From positions 373,912 through 437,911 of the forward strand of contig RHPI01002119.1 of NCBI GenBank assembly GCA_009103225.1: a stretch of 64,000 nt of DNA, read 5' to 3'. The position numbers and the translations under genes were made by a program. The stretch comes from Chlorokybus atmophyticus. Lineage: Eukaryota; Plantae; Mesostigma and Chlorokybus algae. The notes under the pieces are model-generated. The model was not told where the DNA came from, made no database searches, and saw only the letters and a program-made list of their open reading frames with translations. This document shows, in pieces, positions 50,486-61,579 of the stretch. The stretch's first letter is position 1, and every line of letters begins with the position of its first letter.

Positions 50486-53400
50486 CTGCGTACATGCATA
50501 TAGGTGATGGAGTAGTCAATATGACAGTTGCCACTAATACTAGCAGCTGAGACAACCCAAATACGTTGTCATTGTGGTCACATGAATGACATTGAGCCGA
50601 TACAGCTCATGACGTGCTGTTTATTCAAGTAGTGGATGCAGCAACTCAAATGGCCAACTCTTGCACCTGGATGAAATACCTGCGGTGGCTTCGGCATGGG
50701 TCAAACTGCACCAGCGCAGCGTGTATCCCGCATATCTTGCTTATCATCAACGGGTTGGCTTTGAGTGGGGCATACATGTTGTTATGGTTCTGTATCGTGC
50801 GTGTGTTATCTCGGGAAAGGGGCGCTCGCAGCCGCGGGATGCAAGCATTTGTGTGAGCTCAGCACAGTGTATCTAGATGAGAACCTACTACTCAGCTCTG
50901 TCATTAATGTTTTGCGTGTCACACGCAACCATGCTAGGTGCAAGTTCGTGGTGGCTAGTTTGGATCTGATGCAAGTATTGCTTGTACGCCCTGTACGGCC
51001 ATGTCGATACTGATGGCTCCGTGGAAAGACGTCATTTGAGACTTCGTTGCGCGCGCCTCGTTCACTTGAAAACACACTCAGATGGCGGAGAGCTTTGAGC
51101 CCCTGCAAAAGCAGTTGCCATTCAATGTGAGGCCAAGAGCATGGCAATGGTGCAAGCACTTTGAGACTTGCCAAGACTTGCCCTCATCAACAACTTGTAT
51201 TGCATCGCAAATGCTTTTGGTGATGGCTCGCGCGATGCTGTGAGGATGATCCGGTACCAGCACCTTTCTAGCCTGCATTATCGGCATCGTAATGGCTATG
51301 GATATTGCAATTGTCTCCACACCGTTTCTAACGACAAAGGCAAGCATGCATAGTGACCCCCTCCTAGACTTTCTCAATGCACCGCTGTATACCCTTGCCT
51401 TGTCTAATGCCTTGACTCATTATGTAACTACCATTGCTCCCATTTTCACGGTCAACGATCTCTTCCTCTTCAGAACCCTCGTGGCTGCCTTGGCGGTGCG
51501 AAAGGATGTGTCAGCGAGGTTAGTTGATGGGTCCATCCACAGCGCTTTCATACGTTCGGCTCATGTTTCGACGCTGATGGCATTGTTGAAGATTTTATGT
51601 CCACCATCCGTCACAAATCATTGCGAGCGATTCGCTTGACATCTACCGTGCGTTCAACTTCTTTGTTGTCCGCGATAGGGGATATCCCCAATTTTGTATA
51701 TACATAAATGGCATTACTCGTTTAGTGCCCTGAAGCGAAAGTGTCTTATTGGGTGTTTACGGTGGACCCCTCCGCTTTTTGTAATTTACAGGTATGTGCA
51801 TTCAACACAGTTATCCAGCAACTTGTTAAAATCCGATTAATGTTTTGGCGACGTTGCGCGTGTGCGAGAGCGGCTATCGTTGCCGGGATGATTGCACATG
51901 AGGCGTAAGTGCGTGCTGTATCAATTTGGATTGCCTGCCACATTCAATAGGCTAACACTAAAAGCTTTGCTGCTTTAATTGACGCATTTGATGCACAATG
52001 TGGTGATCAACACCTCCGTCTTCAATATGATAAGCAATGCCCCCTTGCTTTGCAACACAAAAGAGTGCAACACGCAATTACATCCGACGTACTGATGCCT
52101 TGATAGTGTTTTGCGCATGTCCAAATGAAGCCACTTTAGCAGCGTTATACATAAGATGGCTTACTTCGTTCAGATTATGAAAATGCAGCCTTCTGAAGTG
52201 AGTTTCAAGTACATGACATTGCTTCGCTACAATTAGCAGCTATCAATGGTGTTAAGCATGCATGGTGGCTTTGCCGTTTCATTTCATCTTGCACATTCTA
52301 TATTGTTTTTTTGTGTTGCAAAACGCTTTTACGCCAGTCCTCGTTCCTTGAAATTTTCATTTTACACTGCTCTTCGCAATATGGTAATTGCAAATGAATT
52401 TGGATTCCATGTGTGACGCAATGAGGTGTATTGTATTTCTTGTGAGGTGCGTTACCTTGTTGACCGGGATCATCTCTGCCTCACACCAAACATAAGCCAC
52501 TATCTTCAAGTGCATGCGGCTTTTAGCTCGGCAGGATGGCAGTACGGGCGCTAAAAATGAGAAGTGTCCAAGAAGTATTAATGATATTGCAACTTAAGAG
52601 ACAAGTTGTACACCCTACCCCTCAAGACCTTTAACTTAATATTGCCCTTTCATGACTTGCACGATAATTGTGTGAGCGCGTTCTCATCATCAAGGGTGGA
52701 ATGCTCTCCACATCGTGATGTTGGGCTTCATTTCTACGTAATATAGCCTGATGCATTGCAACGTAAGCGGCGCCGTTGCCAAAGGGCAACAATGGCCATG
52801 TACAGTAAATGCAAATGACATATGTGTGCAATCGCGGGCTTGCACCACAATCGGCTACGGAGGATCCTACAATCACGTTGTTTGAAAGTACGATGCTCGT
52901 GGCGTGAGGCTTGCATGCTGGGTTCACGCGATAGTGCCAGTAGTTGCTTGGATGACAGTCACTGTTGTATGTACACATATATGTTGCTTGCAGGCACTGA
53001 CACTAATGTGGTGTGGAGCTAGGTATTTTCCTAAACTCTAGCTATACTTGGAACAATGTCGCTCTTCCATGTGCTGCTTCATGTTAGTGTCTAGAGTCGC
53101 ATGTGGTCGTACTTGCTGTGAGTACCCGCAGGCAAAGCGCCCGAACCCTCACCTCGATTGTCGGAGTATATCAAGCCATGGCGACCACAGCGTCCAATTG
53201 CCCAATGGCTTCTGACTCATTGCAATTCCTACTTGCGTAGGTGAGGCGCCGTTGTTGCTGCTCCTTTCTGCTTTATTGTCCAAGCTGCAGAAGGGCCCAG
53301 CTAGCTGTTGTGCATTGCTTGCCTGTTGCTGCTGCTATCCAACGATAATTGCTGCTTGTTGCCCTACGCTACACGCACACATTGCCTTGGGTCCAATTGT

Positions 53401-54738
53401 GTGCGGATGAGCCACTTCAACTGACGGTCAGTCCATAAGTCTTACCTATGTATATGTGGTCTGCGATCCCACACTCAGTGCGTGACAGGCTGTCACGCTC
53501 ATCTTCTGACAGCTATGCCACACTAACATACAATCTGCTTCAAGTCTCTTGCATACATGGATGCTTATGTATCAGGCATGCCAGCGCACATAGCTGGGTT
53601 GCTATGCGTGTGGACATTAATGATATAGTTGGCTTGTGTTGGGTTGTTTTTATGTGTAGCGCTACGGGTTTGGCACTAATCTGATGACCTGCAACATGTC
53701 AAATATAATGCACGTTATGCGTGTTGTGGCATTATGTTTCTGCATGTGCTTATGGTTTGCAGATTGTAGTTACTGGTTTGCAATAGGTGCCACACTGTTG
53801 TTGATAATAGAGAGCGTACAAACTATGCAATGCGGTGCATGTGACCATGCGTACACATGGTCACATGCCGTGGTGTGGACAAGTATCACAACAATTGCAG
53901 GATATTGTGGGGCTTGTGCATTGTCATGCCTCTCGCCCAAGCATGCCAGTCATCATCGGGCATGCCTACAGCGAGACCCTCGCCCGGCTTACCAGCATGG
54001 CAACCCGCGCGCGTCTCTGACCAGTAGCTAGGTCATGTCTCTAGAGTAGCTCATGACCATAGCCTACATAGGCACCGCGCGTAGCTGTTCAGTTGTGAGT
54101 TCAGTTATAAGTCAGGTTCTATATCGAGTGGTAATGTCCTGTGGAAATTAGCCTCGATATGACCGTTAGCTTATGTTCTGGACAGTCATGAGTTGACTTA
54201 TATAAGTAGGCACAGTGTTCACCAGATCAGCTGGTGACACTGTAAGTGAGAAAGCTAAGAGCTTGTGAAGCGACTTGAACTACGAAACACACCGTCCTGG
54301 TTCCCAAGAATCCCCTCACCGTGTGAGAGTTTGTGCATGTTCTTGTGCACTGTGCTTGTCCTCGCTGTGAGCTTTGTGTACTTGGTTGCGGTGTGCTTGT
54401 TGGCATCAGTCAGGGCATAGCATCCACGTGTTGCTTGCTCATTCACCTCACTTAACAGTGTGATTTCTCTTCCACTCACGCAAAGAACTGTGTAAACAGC
54501 ACTACCTATCATAGTGGCTTGTTGACTTACAGTGTCACCCTCTTTGCTCAAGTGAGTGTAGTTGCAGGCTGTACATCAGCATCGCAATCTGTAGTTGTAC
54601 ACATCACAGTGCAGTGTTGTCACCGTCATCGCATAGCGCGCACAAGCGCTAGTGTGTTGGGTGATAGCAGCACTGGAGATCCCATTGTAGAGCACAAACA
54701 CTCTACCCTTCATCCACTTTCACCATCGCATCAGCTGT

Positions 54739-56420
54739 ATGAGCAGGCCCACCCCTTTCTCGCCAATAGAAGAAGGGGACCTCAACAGCTGGAGCCCAAC
54801 CTCCAACCTTACCTACGAGCGCGCAAGTGAAGGGAGCGATTACCGTAGCAGCAGAGGCTCACGCCCCGTCTCCGGCTTCACCTCCTCTCACTCCACTCCT
54901 CGTCAACGAGCATCTCCACCACCGTCGGACAGTGACGACGAAGAGATGGAGCCTTCCAGCTCAACCAACTCCCTACGCTTCTCCGGACGCCCTGGCACCA
55001 CCTCACTTGACGAGTTCATCATCAAGTTCCACTCCAAGATGCGGCAGCAAGCCCTCAAGAGCAAGGACTGGACAGACGAGGTATCGTTTCATGTGTCCGC
55101 CCAATACCTTGATCACGAAGCACATGATGTGTGGAAGTCCGTCGCTGAGTTGCACAAGATTGATGGCTATGGCAAGTTGGCCAGCACAATAGCCGCCACG
55201 TCACTGCACAGCCCATCGGTTACGGTCCCTGTAGCAGCGGCCCCGCCCGCCTCAGTCACGGGTCTCACTCTAGCTGCAGTCATGGAGAAGGCAGAGAATG
55301 AAGAGGTTGAGGTGGTAGTGGCCGCATTGATTCCTGCAGAGATCGAAAGCAAGAAGGCCGAGCGCCGGATCAGAATACTCAACCGCACCGCTGCCATCAT
55401 TAGGGAGCAACAAGAGGAGCAGCAAGCTGCAGCATTGGAGATGGGTACGCCCCTGCTACCAACACCGAACTCGCGTGCTCCAGCGGGAGCCAGTGTTTTC
55501 ACCCTCGGCTCAGTGGCATTGCGTGCACCCGCGCTTACAGTGGGCGCGGCCATGTCGGACTCCCCGTTGAAGGACCTCTACGCCGCACTTCGGCGCACCT
55601 TCCCACCTCAAACCAACAGCAAGGTGGAGGAGTTGAGGCGTTTTCGACGGAAGCCCCACGAGGACCCTTCCCGACTGTATTCACGGTTGGAAGGGTTGCT
55701 TAAAGACACTGACTACAAGATCGTTAGTGAGGAGGCGGCAGCAGTGGTGTATGTGGCCGAGTTGGATCCCACCCTGAGAAAGTCAACGCGCCTGACGCTG
55801 AACTACAGCAGGCCCCTCGGCTACACCCTCAAGGAAGCTTTCGAGACTGCACAAGCCATCCTTAAGCGTGCAGTGTATGAGAAAGCGGTGCTGGACACCA
55901 ACCGCAGTGCCTCACGGCCTATGGCAGGCACAAGTGCGGAGCCTCTTCGGCGGGACCGCAGCCGCGAGCCGCAAGGCATCCATTACAAGGATAAACGGTC
56001 AGCTCATGCTGCCCTTGTGGCTCCAGTGCTGTGCCACCGGTGTGGTCGACATGGCCACTACTAAAAAGAGTGCACCGAAGATTATGGCAACCTTGTGTGC
56101 GACCACTGCCACAAGACGGGACTTTTGGAGACAGTATGCTGGCTCAAGTTCCCTGAGCTGCGGCCCTCTATTGGCTACAACAACGACAACAACGCTGTTG
56201 GCTACCGCGGCAACAACAACAACAACGGGGGCTACAACAACAGCAACCACGCTGGCGGCTACAACAACAGCAACAACGCTGGTGGCCACAACCCCAACAA
56301 CAACAATAACCCTGGCGCCCGCAAGGAAAAAGCTGGCTATAGAGGGAAAAACCGCCCTCCACAGCACAAAGGACTTGAGGGACGTCCTCGCGCTAGAGCT
56401 GCTGCTGTAAAGGCACCAAC
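54739..56420 (+). pseudogene. gag: Gag of the Gypsy-type element (premature TAA at 56062)
   Basis: FSGRPGTTSLDEFI..., LRRFRRKPHEDPSRLYSRL, CCHC knuckle CHRCGRHGHY*KEC (56032-56073), second knuckle CDHCHKTGLLETVC, and an Asn/Gly-rich tail. Confidence 0.82.
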
Positions 56421-58799
56421 CAATCCACCGGCTATTGACCAAGTGGCAGCTCTGATGGCGCGCGTGGCACAGCTGGAGGAGAACAAGGAGCAGGACTATC
56501 AAGCCTGCTATGCTGCTAGGTGGGCACTGATGGCACCGAAACGGGATAGGGACACTCCCACGCCGTCACGCGTACAACCATCCAGACGTGCGCGCAGGGA
56601 AGCTGGCGCGTCGTCAACAGCGGCATCGTCGGACGCCACAAGTGGCGCTGCCTCGGCAGCCACAACCATTGCTGGGACGACGCCGTCGACGACACCGTCG
56701 GCATCCACACCGACCACGACAGCAGGTGTCAGCACTCTTGGCACCACGCTGTCCCCGGTGATAGAGAGCACCCACGCCGCAACAACCATGGTCATTGCAT
56801 TCGTAAGTGGTGAATCCACCACTCCTGCCTCCATCGAAGCGACCACATCAACCGCAACTGCTGCCACCCTCACAGCCGCCACCTCAGTAACGACGACTGC
56901 TGCAGGTGCCACCACCATCGCCTCCAGTAGTGCTGCCATACCCACTGCACCACTTCCTGAGGGACGAACGGCACCGCCACCAGCGTTGGACGTCACACAG
57001 CAAGTGCCACGCGGGCCACAAGCAGAGCGCGCTTGGGTGTCGGTTCTACGCAACGTGGAACCCACCACCATTGCGTACGGACCAGAGGGGCAACGCACCA
57101 CGCGCGTGGCACGCGATGATCGCATCTTGCCCCTACCACCACCAGAGTACCACACGCTGCCGGAACCCACACAACAACAGCTGGAGGATGAAATCCTCGC
57201 CGGCACTGCACCAGAGATGAGGGATCGTCTGTTCGGGGTCACCTACCGACGACCTGCGGTATTGGAGCTGGCCATCCAGTTGTTCCTGGCGTTACACGCA
57301 CGATTGCAGGGCGCACCCAGTCAAACGCAGCAACCCATGCCCGCTCAACAGATCGACTTCAAGCCCTCACCACTGGACCCACTCGGCCTCCAGCGGCACA
57401 AAAATGCAAGACCTCGTGGTCACCATGTCTGACATCGCGCTGGGCGCTGATCCCATCTCCGGGGGCTCACTCCAGGCAGTCGTCAAGAGCGTTTCTCTGC
57501 ACTCAAACAAGCCCATCGTTATCGAATGGACCAAGCTGCCCAAGTGGACGCGCGCCGACAAGCGTACGAAGCAGCACACACCGTTATCGGACCTGAGCGC
57601 CAGCAAATGTCGCCAGCGCCTCTACGGCGCTGACCACAGCGTACTCCACGGCAATCGCCATCGAGCAGCCAGGACACGCAACTGTTGCAGACCAAGCGAG
57701 GGCGTTGGCGCAACAATTGAGGGGGGTAATCGCCCCGCTGCTGCCTCCTTTGGTCGAAGACATGCCTTAAGATCAACGCGACGCAGGGCGAGGGTACTAT
57801 ACCCCGCAAGGGGACACCACACAGCGAGGAGGAGCTGGTATGGTGGGGGAGCAACAACTCCGTACCGCACTCATCCGGCAAGCAGTCATGTTGCACAGGC
57901 CTGAGGGCAACACATTAAGACAGATGATGGGGATGCAAGAGGGCAGCGCCGCTCGAGCCCGTCTCGTGACATGGCTCGTTGCCAATCACCCTGCTGTCCC
58001 CCTGTTTGCCTTTGGCAACCGAGCGTCATGGTTGGGGGCATTCGTTCGTTCGCTGCGACAAGCATACGACGAGGCTGCCACCACAGCCCCGGACACGCTG
58101 AAGGGAGTGCAAGAGGCAATGCTGTGGCTGCCAGGGGTGGAAGCCGCACGGCAACGGCGGCGCATCGCCATTGCTCATGAGCTACACGCACAGCAGACTG
58201 ACCTCCAGCGCACCCTACGTGCTCGCGCCATGACCGTGCTTGATGTGGGAGTGGTACAAGGAAGGTGGGATGCCTACATCATGATGGCAGGGATCTTGCG
58301 AGTCCCCACCATCACTCACGACATGCGGCGACAGCTACTACGCGCCGTATACCTGCAGCCCATGCCTCAATATCATCATTGGACCGACACGGACACCGAG
58401 CCCACGGCCACGTGGGAAGGGACATTGGTCAGAGAAGCGGCTCATGCTGTTCGATGGACGTACGCCGCGGAGCAAGCTGAACACGAGGCAGGCCCACAAA
58501 CACCGGGTCCGCCGGGGTTTCCTCCACAGCCATTGGGTACACCCGCGGGCATGATTCCAGCTTCGCAGAGGCGTCATCCACCTGCGCCGCCACCACAACC
58601 AGCGCCGGAACCTCCAGCACCGAGGCCCCCCCGTGTCTACCAACCACCACGACAAGGTCGGTTCGGCAGAGGGAGAGGGCAAGGAGGGGGTTCTCCGGAC
58701 CCAGCAGGCACAGGAGCTCTGGCTGCCATGCGCTCAGCACCGCCAGCTGAGACAACTGAGTCAGAGGTACAGACACCTCGTATGAAGAGGCTGCGTATC

Positions 58800-59234
58800 G
58801 ACGCCAATGCTGCCATGGTGGCCAACCGAGGCAAGCACGATACCATCAACGGTCTGGCACCCAAGCGAGTAATGTTGGACACCGGAGCACAGCCTGTCAT
58901 CATCGGGCGCTTCCTTGCGCGGTCCCTAGGCATAACCAGCTCCGACTTGGTGCCGTGCCCGTACGTGTTGGACACTGCCACAGGTAGCCGAGATAAGGTG
59001 ATGGGAGTCACCAGGGAGGCCTTTTGCATTCGGTTGACAGGGCTGGACCCAACCCACACAACCGAGATCGTCCAGCAATGTATGGTCACCAATGCCGGCT
59101 CCTTCGACTTTCTGCTTGGGCAGGACTTCAACTTCCCTGTGGGCATGGGCCTCGACTGCTGGATAGAGCGAGCGTGGTTTCGGCCATATTGGGATGAGGA
59201 TGACGGAGAGGTACAGGGTTTCCTGCCTCTCTAG
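58800..59234 (+). pseudogene. Retropepsin-like aspartic protease domain
   Basis: RVMLDTGAQPVIIG (DTG at 58878) and downstream FDFLLGQDF (the ILGxD-like motif). Confidence 0.88.
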
Positions 59235-59609
59235 TTGGTCTCGCGCACGCGCGCCCAACGCAAAATGGTTGCCATGGCCACACGCAGCCACGCCCGCACC
59301 CGGAAGGCTGTAATGGCCACATACGACGGCACTCGGACGCAAGTCGCTGCTGGTGCCACGGCCCCGTGTCGAACCGGCGACTCCTCTCCCATCCCGTACA
59401 ACGAGGAGCAGGAGGATGCCACCGTGAAAGTAGCATTACAAGACCCAGCTGAACGGCGCTGGCGCGCACAGGTGGACGCACACATCTTGCTCAGCCATCC
59501 CCTGATCACCACGCGCTTCCCCAACTACCGAAGCCACGTCAAGGTGCAGGACCGCCATATGGTGGCCACCGGAGTGGTGAAGTTCCACACCTTTCGCAGG
59601 CAACAGGGC

Positions 59610-60560
59610 ATCACAGTGTTGGAGCTGTTTGGAGGCATTGGCAGTGGTCTTGCTGCGGTCCTCAACACAGGCGTGAAGACTGTCAAATACTATTATTGCG
59701 ACCCAGACCCACACGCGCAAACGATCCTCAAACACCACTTACGCCAACTGCACGCCAGGTATCCACGTCAACTACCCCTCTCGGCGTTGCAAGGCAGCCT
59801 CAAAGCATTGCCACAGGACATCCGGCTGATCACTGAAGATCATCTACTGTCCCTTGGCAACGTCGACCTGTTAATAGCGGGATGGGAATGTCAAGGGCAC
59901 TCCAGGGCAGGCAAGGGGCAAGGCCTCGAAAACCCTCGCTCCGGGCAAATCTGGGAGCTGATGAGAATCATCCACCTCCTTCAACACCACCAGATCTCCA
60001 GACCCCTGGGGTACGTCATCGAAAATGTGCATTCAGAGGACGACAAGCGTCCGCACGTGGTCTCCAGCTACCGACAAGTTTGCTCCATTCTGGGGCACCC
60101 ACTCAAGGTGAACGCAACATGACATGGCTCGCGCGCACATCGTGTACGTGCCAAATGGACAAACTTGGCCACCGTGGAGGAACTCATGACCGCCGAATAC
60201 ACACGCAGCGCTCGGCCGCGCAACCTGCTGGTCGACGACATCTTTGACCCCAGCCGCACACCACAACCTGTCCTGCGTCATGACCACAACCACTTCTACC
60301 CGTGCAATCAGCCCGGTCAGCCCCGTCGCGCACTCCCAACATTGGTGTCCTACCCGGGCTCCTACGCATTTCGAAACGTTGGTGACGGGATGGTGTTCGA
60401 TGCGACCACCAACAGGCTGGAAGAACCCAACACACGCGAACGTGAACGCGCCATGGGATTCTTCCCCAACAGCATCACGGGCTCATCGCTGACGGACAGT
60501 TAGCAATGCCAGCTGCTTGGTCGCGCCATGGACCAAAACAGCATGGTATGGCTGCTGGAG
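59610..60560 (+). pseudogene. Cytosine-5 DNA methyltransferase domain embedded in the retrotransposon polyprotein (in-frame stops at 60120 and 60501)
   Basis: Motif I TVLELFGGIG (59628), VDLLIAGWECQGHSRAG (motif IV, Cys 59889), YVIENV (VI, 60021), HGSRAHRVR (VIII), EPNTRERERAMGF (IX) and LLGRAMD (X), in canonical order. Confidence 0.9.
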
Positions 60561-60789
60561 CTGAGCTTCGCGTTGCAGGACCGCCACGTGTCCTTCGAAG
60601 ATCTCGAACACTTGGCTGGGGGGTGGGCTGATCGCGTGGTCGACACCAAGGCAGCTCACACAGCCCTAGAGGTGATCCACATGGAGGAGCAAGCAGCGGT
60701 GACAGTGGAGGACATCCCTGTGGTTGCCAATGCAACCTCCTGGGACCATGCCATTGGCCCGTTGGCCACAGAAGACACTCGCGAGAAGC

Positions 60790-61141
60790 TGGAGGCTCTC
60801 CTCAACAAATGGAGGAGCCAATACAGTTTCAATGTGAGGGAACTGGGTACATGCTCAGTGTAGCAGATGGACATCGAGCTGGTGGACACTGAGCCGGTGT
60901 TCTGACGACAATGCAGGCTCTCCAAGTTGGAAGAAGACTTGGTGGAACAGAGATGTAAAGCGCTGCTGGATGCAGGCCTTATCGAAGAGTCCACATCGGA
61001 CTTCGCAGCAGCAACCGTCATGCCACTGAAGAAGGATTCAGCCGGCAACTGGACAGAGCGACGCATGTGTGGCGACTATCGCCCTCTCAACAACAAGACC
61101 AAGCAAGACCGGTACCCCATGCCCACAGCAGAGGGTATTTT
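60790..61141 (+). pseudogene. N-terminal fragment of Ty3/Gypsy reverse transcriptase, truncated by the Copia insertion
   Basis: LLDAGLIEESTSDFAAATVMPLKKDSAGNWTERRMCGDYRPLNNKTKQDRYPMPTAEGIF. Stops at 60861 and 60903. Confidence 0.9.
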
Positions 61142-61565
61142 TGTTGAGAGTATTCCTACATACGATCAGCATCGACCCTCCACACAGGAGTAGAAGGTCG
61201 TAAGGACGAGCACTAGGTCCGGACTTAGCAAGATGGCATCGTCGGACCAGACTCCGGACTCCAGACTGGAGCCTTACTAACTGCTTCGTATCTCCGCGTA
61301 TACTTACTCATATTGGGCGTGTAAGAGCTTGTAGGAAAGCTCTAGTTGTAAGGAAGACAACGCAGCTTAGAGCGCGTCAAAAGGCTGAGTATAGCTTACG
61401 CAGTGCTTGCAAACGTAGACGTGTGTGTAACTGGCTGGTATAAGAACCAGCGGACAACTTGTAATAGATGAATGTGATGTGACTTGTGTATGCTCTGGTG
61501 GCGGTAGCTCTGTCTCTGTGCATCTATGCTTGCCTCAACTACATGTGCATGCTAGTCCTTCAACA
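61142..61565 (+). repeat. Copia 5' LTR (424 bp)
   Basis: Bounded by the inverted hexamers TGTTGA (61142) and TCAACA (61560-61565), starts exactly where RT similarity breaks off, and is followed directly by the PBS. The 3' LTR is outside the window. Confidence 0.85.
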
Positions 61566-61579
61566 GGTTATGGGCCCAC
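61566..61579 (+). promoter_or_regulatory. Primer-binding site complementary to the anticodon region of initiator tRNA-Met (half-tRNA priming type)
   Basis: GGTTATGGGCCCAC immediately after the LTR-terminal CA; the same type of PBS as Drosophila copia. Confidence 0.85.

Larger units (their letters stand above)
54739..61141 (+). mobile_element. Decayed Ty3/Gypsy-type retrotransposon with domain order Gag - unknown - protease - C5 DNA methyltransferase - RT; RT cut by a Copia insertion; 5' LTR not identified
   Basis: Gag with two zinc knuckles, DTG protease, MTase motifs I/IV/VI/VIII/IX/X, and Gypsy-type RT start LIEESTSDFAAATVMPLKKD...RMCGDYRPLNNKTKQDRYPMP. All lie in one reading path with nine in-frame stops and one frameshift. 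Confidence 0.9.

Noticed and set aside
51050-52450. Possible MULE transposase relic (minus-strand KFICNYHIAK as CxxH, DNCVE as TNNxxE, NCFC as SWIM)
   Set aside because: Motifs are short, scattered among many stops, and the SWIM CxH half is missing. Not distinguishable from chance without a profile search.
53175-53192. Minus-strand RCGRHG, 16/18 nt identical to the Gag knuckle at 56038
   Set aside because: Flanking sequence does not align and the first Cys and later His/Cys are missing; probably chance.
54298-54312. TGGTTCCC as a tRNA-Glu PBS for the Gypsy element
   Set aside because: Only 8 nt match, it is not preceded by an LTR-terminal CA, and it lies inside the inverted-repeat-bounded segment.
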